This document shows positions 1 to 9,017 of a stretch of DNA of 31,655 nt, one piece after another; positions within the stretch are counted from its first letter, which is position 1; each line of letters opens with the position of its first letter. Location of the stretch: the NCBI GenBank assembly GCA_035289485.1, contig DATDXA010000021.1:1-31655 (forward strand), written 5' to 3'. Both the position numbers and the translations under genes were made by a program. The stretch comes from an archaeon. GTDB taxonomy: Archaea > Iainarchaeota > Iainarchaeia > Iainarchaeales > Iainarchaeaceae. Under the pieces are notes generated by a model. The model saw nothing but the letters and a program-made list of their open reading frames with translations, did no database searches and had not been told where the DNA came from.

Positions 1-1
1 G

Positions 2-703
2 CCTTGCAAGAAGGTATGCAACGAGAACAATTGCCGCCGTCACCGCAACATCCAATGCGAATGAGTAATTCACAGCCATGCCCGAGACATGCAGGAGAAT
101 GTCCATAGGATATGAATAGGGGTTTAGCGCAATTGCCGGCAAATCCTTTTCGGAAATTAAAAGGCCGCTTATCCCGAACTGCAAAAAGCTGATTAGCCAC
201 ATTGCGATTGTAAGGATGTTTGCGCTGTTTAGCTTTGAAGCTATTGGAATTGTTATAAGCCCGCTAAAGAGCATTGCAGCCATTTCAATCGCGGCGATCG
301 CGATTCCCTGAACTGGAGTTATTGTAAAACCCATGAGCATTATTAGCGCGAGCGCAATCACTGTGCGCGAAAGCCCGATAATGAGCGGCTCCGCCATTAA
401 CCCTGCGATTTTTACCGTGCTCGAGAGCGGAGAGCTGTAAACTTCCTGCAAAAACCCCTGGTTGCGGTAATTTACGAGCGCAACACCGATGCGCGTACCT
501 GTGCCGATTGCAATTGCAACTAAAAGCAAGAGTGTTAGTTTGATTACTCCGCCCTCATCGAAGAATTGGGTTTTGTACAGGCCATAGAAAAGAACAAGCG
601 GCACCAAAAGCTCGAGAAGCTCCGCTAAAATAGAATATTTGTCCCTTGCCATGCGCCTTAGGGAAAAGCTGAACATGCGAGAGACAAACCCAATGCCGCT
701 CAT
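2..703 (-). CDS. ABC-2 type transporter permease (3' end runs off the window)
   Basis: Not in ORF track. Manual translation from ATG 703, which overlaps the ATPase stop (ATGA): MSGIGFVSRMFSFSLRRMARDKYSILAELLELLVPLVLFYG...GFLQEVYSSPLS...IALNPYSYPMD. It has several hydrophobic helices and the ABC-2-like 'E..xSP' and 'NP.sY..D' signatures, and is open to the window edge. Confidence 0.85.
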   Translation of the reverse strand, partial: MSGIGFVSRMFSFSLRRMARDKYSILAELLELLVPLVLFYGLYKTQFFDEGGVIKLTLLLLVAIAIGTGTRIGVALVNYRNQGFLQEVYSSPLSSTVKIAGLMAEPLIIGLSRTVIALALIMLMGFTITPVQGIAIAAIEMAAMLFSGLITIPIASKLNSANILTIAMWLISFLQFGISGLLISEKDLPAIALNPYSYPMDILLHVSGMAVNYSFALDVAVTAAIVLVAYLLAR

Positions 704-1644
704 CTCGATTCACCCATGGCTTTTAAGTAGAGCTCTTCTAAGCCCGCTTCTTTAATTGCAATGTTTTTCACTTCAATTCCTTTTGCTGAGAGCTTCTTTA
801 CGATTTCGCTCACCGCAATATCCTTTGAATAATTGACGGAGTAGATTCCTCCGGATTCTAAAACCGCGAACCCGAGGATTTTCTCCAAGGTTGATTTTGA
901 GGCGGCAGAACCTAAGGAAAAAACAAGGCGCCTTCCTGCTGCGCTTTTTAGGTTTGAAATCGAATCAATTCCAAGCACGCGCCCTTTCTTTAGAAAAACT
1001 ACCCGCTCGCACAGGTGCTCAATTTCTTCTAAGTAGTGCGAGGTGATTATTACGGTGTTTTCCTTGTTTTCTGAAATCTTCCTTATTTTTTCCCAAATAA
1101 GCTTTCTAACTTCCGGGTCTAATCCTACTGTTGGCTCATCAAAAATGTAAATTTTGGGGCTGTGCACCATGCTCTTTGCGATTTCAACGAGTTGCCGCTG
1201 CCCGCCTGAGAGGTTTTCTATAAAGTGGCCGTGGATTTTGTGCAAACCAAATTCAATCATTGTTTCCTGAACCGCCTTCTCAACGAGGTTCTCATCCATA
1301 TCAAAAAGCGAGGCGTGCAAAAGCAAGCTTTCCATTACAGTGAGCTTTGGGTCAAGGCTTGTGCCCTGAAAAACCATTCCAATAGAGCGCCTGATTTTAT
1401 TCTTCTCTTTTGAAGTATCAGAGCCCCAAATCCTAACCTTTCCATAGGTTGGGTTTCTTAGCGTTGAAATAATTGAAACCAAAGTGGTTTTTCCGGCTCC
1501 GTTGGGCCCGAGAATTCCGATTGCTTCCCCTTTTGCAATTGAAAGGGAGACATTTTCAAGCGCTTGGAGGGATGCGTATTTCTTGGTCACGTTTTCAATA
1601 AGGATTGCTGGGCCCTTTTCTTCCCCTAAGGCTGGTTGAGGCAT
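700..1644 (-). CDS. ABC transporter ATP-binding protein (DrrA/CcmA-like)
   Basis: Walker A GPNGAGKT, signature LSGGQ, Walker B YIFDEPT, H-loop SHY; coupled to the permease. Confidence 0.95.
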   Translation of the reverse strand: MPQPALGEEKGPAILIENVTKKYASLQALENVSLSIAKGEAIGILGPNGAGKTTLVSIISTLRNPTYGKVRIWGSDTSKEKNKIRRSIGMVFQGTSLDPKLTVMESLLLHASLFDMDENLVEKAVQETMIEFGLHKIHGHFIENLSGGQRQLVEIAKSMVHSPKIYIFDEPTVGLDPEVRKLIWEKIRKISENKENTVIITSHYLEEIEHLCERVVFLKKGRVLGIDSISNLKSAAGRRLVFSLGSAASKSTLEKILGFAVLESGGIYSVNYSKDIAVSEIVKKLSAKGIEVKNIAIKEAGLEELYLKAMGESR

Positions 1645-1825
1645 TAGCTTAGAATACAGCGCTTTTGAATAAAAAGAATGCGCTTATAAGGCTTAAAATG
1701 CCAAAAGCCGGTGATTAAGGCGCACAAGAAAGAGGCCGAAAACCGGAGATTAACACTTTATCAAAAAGATGCAAAAACTGATACCAATGGAAAATATGCA
1801 AAAGGCGGCTGTATCTTAAGGCTCC

Positions 1826-1903
1826 TTAACGCCACCCCTTCTCACAAATTAGGTGGCGTTAAATTTAACGCCACCTTTTTTAATTTGTTTGTTGGCGTTA
1901 AAT
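1826..1903. promoter_or_regulatory. Tandem palindromic operator-like array: two units of TTAACGCCA-N19-TGGCGTTAA at a 39-bp period
   Basis: TTAACGCCA at 1826-1834 and 1865-1873; TGGCGTTAA at 1854-1862 and 1893-1901. The junction forms a perfect 26-bp palindrome at 1851-1876. The array ends 3 nt before the fic ATG (1907). Confidence 0.7.
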
Positions 1904-1906
1904 ATT

Positions 1907-2884
1907 ATGGCTAGCCTTCTTAAGAAAAAAATAAGCGGAAGGAGTTATTTTTACCTGGATAAAAACATAAAACTCGGGGAGGGCAGATGGAAAAAGGTTT
2001 CGGTGTATTTTGGCCCTAAAAATCCCTCTAAAAAAGAACTGGCAAATGCCAAAAAGAAACTTGAAAAACGGGCAAAAACAGCGGTTTCTGATTTCTACGC
2101 CAAAAGGCTCGAAAACTTTGCCTTTTCAATTTTATCCAAAGAACAGCTCAGCGAGGTTGAGCGCCTGCGGGACAATTTTCAGAAAAGGTTCAAAAGACTG
2201 GATGCAAAGAAAAAGGAAAAATTCAACAAAAGGCAAATCATAAATTTTGTGTATACTACCCTGCGCACCGAAGGCATAGATGTTGAGATGTCCGATGTCG
2301 AGACCGCATACGCCGAATTGGGCAAAAAGAACCCTGAAATGACAATGGACGAAAAGCTGATTATTTCAAGCTCGATGATAACCGGCTTCAATTTCCTGCC
2401 AAAGATAAAAATGACACTTGAAGGCATCCTCAAACTGCACGGAATCGTAATGTCAACATTTGAAAGTGACAGCCCCGGGCAAATAAGGGACGACCAGAGG
2501 ATAATCGCAAGAACCAACCCTAAAACCCTGCAACGCGAGGAAATAGGCTACAGGCCACCGGAACCGGGGCAAATAAGGCCAGAACTTGAAAAATTTTTTG
2601 TTTGGTTAGGTGAAAACAAAAATATCCACCCACTGGAGCTTTCGGCCCTTGTACACCTAAAAGTTTACCGCATCCACCCATTCAAGGACGGCAACAAGAG
2701 GATGTCAAGGTTACTTTTCAACAAAGTGCTTCTGGATGCGGATTATCCAATACTCAACATTTCAAAAGAAACAAAGGAATACTTCAAGGCATTGGTTGAA
2801 TCGGTGGAAACCAAGAATGACAACCCATTTGTAATATTTTGCTATAAAACATTTATCAGGCAAACAAAAAACAGGTTTTTGTGA
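1907..2884 (+). CDS. Fic family protein (class II, with N-terminal inhibitory motif)
   Basis: Fic motif HPFKDGNKRMSR; (S/T)xxxE(G/N) motif TLRTEG upstream of it. ATG 1907 is preferred over GTG 1853, which lies inside the operator palindrome. Confidence 0.92.
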   Translation: MASLLKKKISGRSYFYLDKNIKLGEGRWKKVSVYFGPKNPSKKELANAKKKLEKRAKTAVSDFYAKRLENFAFSILSKEQLSEVERLRDNFQKRFKRLDAKKKEKFNKRQIINFVYTTLRTEGIDVEMSDVETAYAELGKKNPEMTMDEKLIISSSMITGFNFLPKIKMTLEGILKLHGIVMSTFESDSPGQIRDDQRIIARTNPKTLQREEIGYRPPEPGQIRPELEKFFVWLGENKNIHPLELSALVHLKVYRIHPFKDGNKRMSRLLFNKVLLDADYPILNISKETKEYFKALVESVETKNDNPFVIFCYKTFIRQTKNRFL

Positions 2885-3042
2885 CGCGGTTAGTTGCCCA
2901 AATCGGCCCTGCGCGCAAATTCTTGAAAAATGGCGACTAAATGTGGTACACCCATTTAGAGTGCAAAATCCACTAAAGGTGCGGCCCGCAAAAGCACCAC
3001 ATGTATTAAATATCTGGAAAGGGAAGTATTCTTTGATTTGCA

Positions 3043-3264
3043 ATGGATTTGGGCAAGCCTTCTGAGAAGCTTCGGCAGATGCTAATTGACCAGGAACTTA
3101 AACTGCGCAAAAAACAGCCAGAGCACTGGGCGAAAACAAAGTACCGCAAATATGCCAAGCCCTATACTCCGGAAGAGCTTGAGAAGCTCAAGGAGAATGA
3201 TAAGGTGAGGAAGCAGGAAAGGAAGGAGAGGAAGAAGAAGGGGAAGAAAAGAAAGAAATTATAG
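3043..3264 (+). CDS. Hypothetical small Lys-rich protein
   Basis: 73-aa ORF with ATG and an AT-rich upstream region; poly-Lys/Arg C-terminus; no recognisable family. Confidence 0.55.
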   Translation: MDLGKPSEKLRQMLIDQELKLRKKQPEHWAKTKYRKYAKPYTPEELEKLKENDKVRKQERKERKKKGKKRKKL

Positions 3265-3308
3265 CGCTAATTTTTATACTTTGGAGCTTTTCTTATTAAA
3301 GGTCAGTC

Positions 3309-3788
3309 ATGCCAACAACCAAAAAAGTCCGCCACGGGTTTGTAAAGAAAAAAGCCAACTTCGGCTACAGGCCGCGGAGAAACGGCTCGTTTGAATATGT
3401 CCTCCCAAAAGTGACGCCGCAGGCAATGGGAATGCCGCACAATGAAAGGATGAAATTGCTTCTTGACAGGAAAATTACGGATGTGGAATTGGGCAGAAAG
3501 TTCGGGATTAGTTATACCACCGCATGGAAATGGCGCACATGGATTGCTAAACTCAGGCAAGAGGATCCAAAGTTATTGCGCGAACTTGCCACAGTGCCAT
3601 TCAGAAGCATACAAATGGGAAAGGAGTATTACAGACGGGGACCTGAAAAGCTCAGGCTCAATTATGAATTGACCAATGTTGCCATGCGCGGCATCCAGCT
3701 ATGGCTTGCAATGGACAGGCTTAGAAACAGGCTTGGACCTGGCGAAGTTAGGGTCAGCAAGGCCGGCAAGCTTTATTTGAAGTATTGA
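3309..3788 (+). CDS. Hypothetical basic protein with probable helix-turn-helix
   Basis: ITDVELGRKFGISYTTAWKW looks like an HTH; a TATA-like TTTTATA lies ~30 nt upstream (leaderless start). Confidence 0.7.
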   Translation: MPTTKKVRHGFVKKKANFGYRPRRNGSFEYVLPKVTPQAMGMPHNERMKLLLDRKITDVELGRKFGISYTTAWKWRTWIAKLRQEDPKLLRELATVPFRSIQMGKEYYRRGPEKLRLNYELTNVAMRGIQLWLAMDRLRNRLGPGEVRVSKAGKLYLKY

Positions 3789-3800
3789 AGAGCACAGCGC

Positions 3801-4808
3801 TCAGTCATACTCCTTCATCTGGCTTGCCAGCCCAGATTTTTTCATAATAAACTCATGCGTGAGCTCTGCGCACTTCTGAAGGTGCGCTTCCACTGAATCC
3901 CCCACTCCGTTAAAGCCCGCCGCGCCGGGGTGCCCTCCGCCTTTTCCTTCGAAAAAGGATTCGAGCCGCAAGAAAACGTCCCGCGCTAAGTCAAATCCAT
4001 TCTTTCTCATCCAGAAATTGTTCACACGGCCGCTGATTCGCACTTGCCCCTTATCAGAATACCCGCAGAGTGCAACATCCGCGCCCACGCGCACAAGAAC
4101 GCTTGCGGCGCTTGATTCGAACGCACCGATGTCCGCAGTTACTATGATTGACTCTGCCGAGCGGAAGATGCGGCAGCGCTTTGCGGCCTTGAGGCACGCA
4201 ACCTTTTCAGAAAAATCCTTTTCAACCGAAAATAATGAAAGAATTGAGCTGTAGGGCGTATTTGCTTTTTTCATCACTTCGCCCATTATGAGAAATGTGC
4301 TGTGGTCTGCCACCATAAAAGAAGCCGAATCCGAAATAATTCCTGTTGCAATGCAAAGGTAGGCTTTTTTGGGAATTTTGAGATTGGTTTTTTTGAGCAA
4401 ATCATAAATGATTTCCGTTGTTGAAATCGCTTTCGGGTTGGAAATGGAATTCTTTGCGGGGGCGAGAGTTTCTTTGCCTTTGCGGTGATGATCGATTAGG
4501 TATTTTTCGCCCTTGAATTTTTGGAATTGCTCTTTTAGGGAGCCAAGCATCCCAAGCTCATTAAAATCCAGGCACACAACCGCATCGAATGAATCGAGTT
4601 TTGGATTTATTGTAAAAGGAATTGAAAGTGATTTTGCAAGCTGCGCAGCGGTAAGGTTCATGTGATCTGGAATGCCAATAGTGATGCGGGATTTTTTGGC
4701 GAGCGAGAAATAGATTGCTGCGGTGCTTGAGAGCGAATCAATATCGCAGCCGGAGTGTGTAATGAGAAGAACTTTCTTTCCGAAAAGATTGGAAAGTTGA
4801 AAGGGCAT
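3801..4808 (-). CDS. DHH/DHHA1 family phosphoesterase
   Basis: Motifs THSGCDIDS (DxD), LDFN, IDHH, GIISDS and GGGHPGAAG; usual terminal gene of the exosome superoperon. Confidence 0.93.
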   Translation of the reverse strand: MPFQLSNLFGKKVLLITHSGCDIDSLSSTAAIYFSLAKKSRITIGIPDHMNLTAAQLAKSLSIPFTINPKLDSFDAVVCLDFNELGMLGSLKEQFQKFKGEKYLIDHHRKGKETLAPAKNSISNPKAISTTEIIYDLLKKTNLKIPKKAYLCIATGIISDSASFMVADHSTFLIMGEVMKKANTPYSSILSLFSVEKDFSEKVACLKAAKRCRIFRSAESIIVTADIGAFESSAASVLVRVGADVALCGYSDKGQVRISGRVNNFWMRKNGFDLARDVFLRLESFFEGKGGGHPGAAGFNGVGDSVEAHLQKCAELTHEFIMKKSGLASQMKEYD

Positions 4809-5162
4809 TTACTTTGCCTCTTTGCCTTCCCCTTTCAAAGATTTCTGAGCGGACTCTATTTCGCCTTTTAATTTATTTAACTTGTCAAGCATTGCCTCTT
4901 CCTGCTTTTTTACGGTTTTTGCGCGCAAATCAACGGACTCTTTCTGGTCTGAGAGGTCCTTTTCCATTTTTTTGACATCGGTAAGAATTAGTATATTGCC
5001 AACTGCCTTGTAAACTTTTTTCTCCTTGGTTTCAGTGAGTTCTTTTAGGGCATCTTCAAGGATTTTTGCCTGCATTGTAAGGCTCTGGCCTTGGCTCTCA
5101 ATAGCTGAGAGCTGAACCCTGCTCTTTTCGAATTCCTGTATCATTTTGTTCATTTCTGCCAT
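4809..5162 (-). CDS. pfdB: Prefoldin beta subunit
   Basis: Coiled coil, VYKAVGNILI hairpin, coiled coil; 117 aa; expected synteny. Confidence 0.95.
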   Translation of the reverse strand: MAEMNKMIQEFEKSRVQLSAIESQGQSLTMQAKILEDALKELTETKEKKVYKAVGNILILTDVKKMEKDLSDQKESVDLRAKTVKKQEEAMLDKLNKLKGEIESAQKSLKGEGKEAK

Positions 5163-5168
5163 GCAAAA

Positions 5169-5411
5169 TTACCTCCGTAAAACGCAAATATCACTGCAAA
5201 GCCCAAAAAGCCTTGAATAAAACCCAAGCGAAGCAGCAAGTGCTGATTCATCCTCGGCTACAACTTTTAGCAAAACAACATTTTTATTCGTATGTATGGA
5301 GCTTTTGGCGCGGCGCTCAAATGTGTTATCTAGTTCAACTGAAACGGCTTTTTGCACGGCAAGAGCAAAGAATGGGGAAGTAAAAATAAATTCCTTTTCA
5401 AGGGATGGCAT
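5169..5411 (-). CDS. pcc1: KEOPS complex subunit Pcc1
   Basis: ~80 aa; AVSVE...RAKSSI...LKVVAEDESALAASL resembles Pcc1 (A.D..aLRA); lies between rpoP and pfdB. ATG 5411 overlaps the rpoP TGA. Confidence 0.8.
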   Translation of the reverse strand: MPSLEKEFIFTSPFFALAVQKAVSVELDNTFERRAKSSIHTNKNVVLLKVVAEDESALAASLGFYSRLFGLCSDICVLRR

Positions 5412-5542
5412 CACATTGCCTTTATCGTCTTTGTAATCGGCTCTCTTGTTTTTGAAAATATTTTATAGCCGCACCCGGGGCACCTAATGGAGCCAAGAGT
5501 AATTGCCTGGATTTCCTTTCCGCACTGCAAACACTTGTACAT
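5411..5542 (-). CDS. rpoP: DNA-directed RNA polymerase subunit P (Rpo12)
   Basis: Missing from the ORF track (43 aa): MYKCLQCGKEIQAITLGSIRCPGCGYKIFSKTREPITKTIKAM. C4 zinc ribbon, directly after rpl37ae. Confidence 0.93.
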   Translation of the reverse strand: MYKCLQCGKEIQAITLGSIRCPGCGYKIFSKTREPITKTIKAM

Positions 5543-5983
5543 TCAGGATTCCTCCCCGCTTTCAGATTCTTCCAAAGCCTCTTGTGAAACTTCCTCTTCG
5601 GCCTTCTTTGGCTTTTCTTTTTTGGCCCTTGGGAACTTGCTCTCCTGCGTTTCAGATATTACAGGAGCCTTTGCAGGTTCGTCCCTTTCAAGGCCTTTTG
5701 CAAGGGTATCAACCATTTCAGGCGCGAACGTCTTCTGGGTCACCATCTTCGAAATTATGGTCCCTGCAAGGGTTCGCGGAACATATGACCCGCCCACAAA
5801 GGAGTGGAGGCACTTGCTGCAGTTGAATATGCCCCTGCTCTGCCTTTTTACGCTCTCAGAGCCGCAATTGGGGCAATCGTGCCTCTTAAACTGAAGAGGC
5901 TCGACTTTTAGGAGCTTTCTTCTAATGCCTACTCCGTACCTAGAGCCGAAACGGCCTGTGCTTCCAACCTTTAATGTTGTCAT
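5543..5983 (-). CDS. rpl37ae: 50S ribosomal protein L37ae (eL43) with C-terminal extension
   Basis: GSTGRFGSRYG, CPNC...CSKC zinc finger, GGSYVP. Confidence 0.95.
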   Translation of the reverse strand: MTTLKVGSTGRFGSRYGVGIRRKLLKVEPLQFKRHDCPNCGSESVKRQSRGIFNCSKCLHSFVGGSYVPRTLAGTIISKMVTQKTFAPEMVDTLAKGLERDEPAKAPVISETQESKFPRAKKEKPKKAEEEVSQEALEESESGEES

Positions 5984-6000
5984 AGACTACTAAAACCCCC

Positions 6001-6084
6001 TACAATAGCTTTCTTATTTGTTTGCCTCATCCCAGCTGGGACGAGGCCTCCATAATTCTTACAATAGCTTTCTTATCTGCTTGC
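6001..6084. repeat. 25-bp direct repeat of the rrp42 3' end flanking a GC-rich hairpin
   Basis: 6001-6025 versus 6060-6084 are 23/25 identical; hairpin gcctcatcccagctgggacgaggc at 6024-6047. Confidence 0.75.
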
Positions 6085-6838
6085 TGTTCTTCATGGCAAC
6101 ATCTATTGCGCCATTTAGCTCATCTATCTTAAAGGAGCCAGGCAAACCTTTCTGGAAAGCGGTTATGTTATCGTCCTCAGTAATGGTTACTGAGAATCTC
6201 GCGCTCATGGCCTTTTCCTCTGAGAGGATCGGGTCTGCGACCACCACATTTCCTATTTTTGCGAAGGTGCTAAGAACAGGCTTTGCCCGAACCTTGAGCT
6301 TTCCTGCGTACTCGCCCTTCACTATTTTGCCATCTTCGATTTTTGGCATCTTGGTTTCAAGAAGCGAACTCATTGCCGCAATTCCGCATGCATCAAAGAG
6401 GTTTCCGTCGTTGTTGATTATATATATGTCAACAAATCCGACCCACACCTTTTCTCCTTCGGTTATGCAAAGGTCCTTGAAATCAATTGCCTTGCTCTCC
6501 CTAATTCCGCGGTCAACAACACGCGAGAGTTCTATTGCCTCATCCCTTGGAGGGCCGACTTCAAATTCTGGATCCGCCATAGGAAGCAATTCCGCTCCGA
6601 CGCTTATGCTGCCCTCATCTGGCATATCAGGATATGGGGTTCCCGGAACCATTTTTACTCCCGCTATGACATCGGTTAGGCCAAGTTTTACCCGGGCCGA
6701 GCCATCTGCATTCTCGCTCACTCCGTGAGTGATTGTGATTTTCCGGATCTCATCAACTTTTCTTCCATCAATTCTTTTGCCTTCCTTTAGGTCGGCAACA
6801 ACTTTGTCAACCCTTAAATCCCAGAGTGCTGATATCAT
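6059..6838 (-). CDS. rrp42: Exosome complex component Rrp42
   Basis: RIDGR...R, ADGSARVKLG.T.VIAGVK, ELSRVVDRGIRES, DGNLFDA. Confidence 0.96.
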   Translation of the reverse strand: MISALWDLRVDKVVADLKEGKRIDGRKVDEIRKITITHGVSENADGSARVKLGLTDVIAGVKMVPGTPYPDMPDEGSISVGAELLPMADPEFEVGPPRDEAIELSRVVDRGIRESKAIDFKDLCITEGEKVWVGFVDIYIINNDGNLFDACGIAAMSSLLETKMPKIEDGKIVKGEYAGKLKVRAKPVLSTFAKIGNVVVADPILSEEKAMSARFSVTITEDDNITAFQKGLPGSFKIDELNGAIDVAMKNSKQIRKLL

Positions 6839-7611
6839 TTTTCCTCAACCCCTTTCTTTTCAGCTTTGTTAGCATCCGCTTCGCCGTTAATGTATTTTGC
6901 CTTGAGTGCCTGCTTTTGCACCTCATACACTTTCATTGCGGAAACTTCCGCCATTTTGTATGCCTCATCCCATTCCTTTCGGGTGAGAACTCCATCAAGC
7001 TGGAGCAGGACAACTTCTTTTGAATTCGGGAGCATTGCAATCGGAATATCAACTGCGTCCGATGCGTCTTCCTCGTCCTTGTCCAAATCCACTATGATTT
7101 TTCCGCCGGCTTTTCCAACGCTTGTTCCGCACACCATATCGCGCATTGGAATTCCTGCATCCGCTAGCGCAACCGAAGCTGCGGTGAGCGCTGCAATTCT
7201 TGAACCCGCATTGCTGTCAACGATTTCAACCGTGACATCAATTGATGTGTTCGGAAATTTCTCAACAAAGATTGCCCTTTCAAGTGCCTCTCCGCAAACC
7301 TTGGAGATTTCAACTTCCCTTCGCCCAGGCTTTGGATTTTTCCTGTCAGGAACGCTGAATGCGGCCATCCGGTACACGAATTTTATCACTGCCTTGTAAG
7401 GCGATGCCGTGTGCTTTGGCAAGCACTCTCGCGGCCCGTATACTGCCGCGAACACCTTGTTCTGCCCCCACTCAAGGTAGGCCGAACCGTCCGCCCGCGG
7501 AATGACTCCTGCGGTTATTTTTATAGGCCGCAGCTCGTCAACCTTTCTTCCATCAAGCCTTTTGCCCTTGGAATCAACGTAAATTATCTGCTCTTCCTTT
7601 TTCTTACCCAT
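6835..7611 (-). CDS. rrp41: Exosome complex exonuclease Rrp41
   Basis: RLDGRKVDELRPI, ADGSAYLEWG, VYGPRE, AGSR, DAGIPM, DL...ED. Confidence 0.97.
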   Translation of the reverse strand: MGKKKEEQIIYVDSKGKRLDGRKVDELRPIKITAGVIPRADGSAYLEWGQNKVFAAVYGPRECLPKHTASPYKAVIKFVYRMAAFSVPDRKNPKPGRREVEISKVCGEALERAIFVEKFPNTSIDVTVEIVDSNAGSRIAALTAASVALADAGIPMRDMVCGTSVGKAGGKIIVDLDKDEEDASDAVDIPIAMLPNSKEVVLLQLDGVLTRKEWDEAYKMAEVSAMKVYEVQKQALKAKYINGEADANKAEKKGVEEK

Positions 7612-8279
7612 TATTGCTCACCTTCCCCAAACATTTCCTCGCCCCTTGGCGCTTCCGGCTTCTTGCCGCCGGTCTGGCTTTGTATGAATTCTGCCATGCG
7701 ATCAGTCAGATGATCCACATGCGCTTCGCGCTCAACCTTCTCAATTGATTTTCTTAGCAAATCAAGGTTTCCGCCCTTTGCCCAAACCCTTCCGTTGCGC
7801 CCGACAATTATATTCGACCCAGTGCCGCCCTTAATTATGTTCAGCATCGAGCCTTCCTTTCCAATAAGGCGCGGAACTTTCACTGGAGTTACCGGCATTA
7901 TTTCGCCCCCGAAAAAGAGCCTTATGCTTCCGAGCTCAACCTCGTTGAACTCATTTACTTTCATGATTTTAGCTGAAATTATGCTGCCAGGCTTTAGAAC
8001 TTCGCGCAGTTCCTTTTTCGAAACAAAGCTTGGGTAGAAGCTATTGATGTCAACTCCGTACCCTGCAAATCTTTCAGAAGTTATGACGCCGATTATTACA
8101 TCATTCATCTGCGGCGCGTACTTGCCCTCTAGCGGAACTACTGAAGCAAAATCAGCTTCATCATTTACCAAACCAATTGAATCCGAATAAATCTTCCCTT
8201 CCCTTACGAATACATGTGAGCCGAGCTTTTTTCTCTCCTCGGTTACTAACTCTCCAGGTATTACAAGTCTTTTTGTCAT
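7611..8279 (-). CDS. rrp4: Exosome complex RNA-binding protein Rrp4
   Basis: LVIPGE, S1 domain (Y.P...DVIIG), KH domain (VPRLIGKEGSM...GRNGRVW); SD GAGGTGA before ATG 8279. Confidence 0.95.
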   Translation of the reverse strand: MTKRLVIPGELVTEERKKLGSHVFVREGKIYSDSIGLVNDEADFASVVPLEGKYAPQMNDVIIGVITSERFAGYGVDINSFYPSFVSKKELREVLKPGSIISAKIMKVNEFNEVELGSIRLFFGGEIMPVTPVKVPRLIGKEGSMLNIIKGGTGSNIIVGRNGRVWAKGGNLDLLRKSIEKVEREAHVDHLTDRMAEFIQSQTGGKKPEAPRGEEMFGEGEQ

Positions 8280-8286
8280 TTTCAGT

Positions 8287-8988
8287 TCACCTCTTGTTTT
8301 CAATTATTTTTGATTCAACTTCCCCGTGCGTCAAATGATTCAGTTCATTGAACAAATCCTGCTTGACTCCCGCGGGGATTTCTAGCAGCGCAACAAGGCT
8401 GCCATCATTTTGCCACTCTTCACTTTTCACTCCGTACTTGTGCAGTATCACAGAGGCCTTGCCCGTGAACTGCGCCGGGATTTTCACCGCGAGATTGAGC
8501 TTTTCCATTGAAATCGGCAAAAGCTTTTTGAGCTCTTTAATTGCCGCATTGATCTGCTCATTCACGGGCTTGTTGATATCCACAGAGAATTTTATTTCCT
8601 CAAGCGCATTCTCAATCCTTTGCACAGGATGCGGCGCATTGGTCTGCGGATTCATCGCGTTTTTCGAAATGAATGTAACAATTTCTTTTCTCTTCCTCTC
8701 GCCAATTTCCCTTCGCTGCTGGGTCGTTAGCTGGATTTCCCCTTCCGCGAGAATTTTCTTTACTATCTGGCGGACATCGGTTGTTCCGAAAACTTTCTTT
8801 AAGCTCTCCTCGTTTTTTGCTTCCCCTTTGTGCGCGTCCTTAAACACCTGATCTATCAGCATCAGGTCCCCAAAATCCACTTCCTTGCCGTGCTTAACTT
8901 CCATTGCAAGGTTTGGGTCCACAAGTATTTCGAATTTTTCGCCTGAATGCTCGAAACGGGCAATGACGGCGTCTTCTGTTCTTACCAT
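8287..8988 (-). CDS. Ribosome maturation factor SBDS/Sdo1
   Basis: GEKFEILV, VFKDAHKG, VFGTTD, GEIQLT, PHPVQRIENA; start taken at ATG 8988 (MVRTEDAV). Confidence 0.96.
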   Translation of the reverse strand: MVRTEDAVIARFEHSGEKFEILVDPNLAMEVKHGKEVDFGDLMLIDQVFKDAHKGEAKNEESLKKVFGTTDVRQIVKKILAEGEIQLTTQQRREIGERKRKEIVTFISKNAMNPQTNAPHPVQRIENALEEIKFSVDINKPVNEQINAAIKELKKLLPISMEKLNLAVKIPAQFTGKASVILHKYGVKSEEWQNDGSLVALLEIPAGVKQDLFNELNHLTHGEVESKIIENKR

Positions 8989-9017
8989 AATGAATTTTTC
9001 TCCTTTTTCAAAAACAA

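Noticed and set aside
1826..1903. Possible mini CRISPR array
   Set aside because: Only two units with inverted arms and 17-19-nt spacers; no cas genes in the window.
1711..1914. 67-aa ORF upstream of fic, and the GTG 1853 extension of fic
   Set aside because: Both run through the palindromic operator array, and neither has a recognisable motif or SD.
2885..3042. Short hairpins (ctaaatg/catttag, ggtgc/gcacc) and the 2762..3043 minus-strand ORF
   Set aside because: Stems of 5-7 bp are within chance expectation; the ORF is antisense to fic and has no motif.
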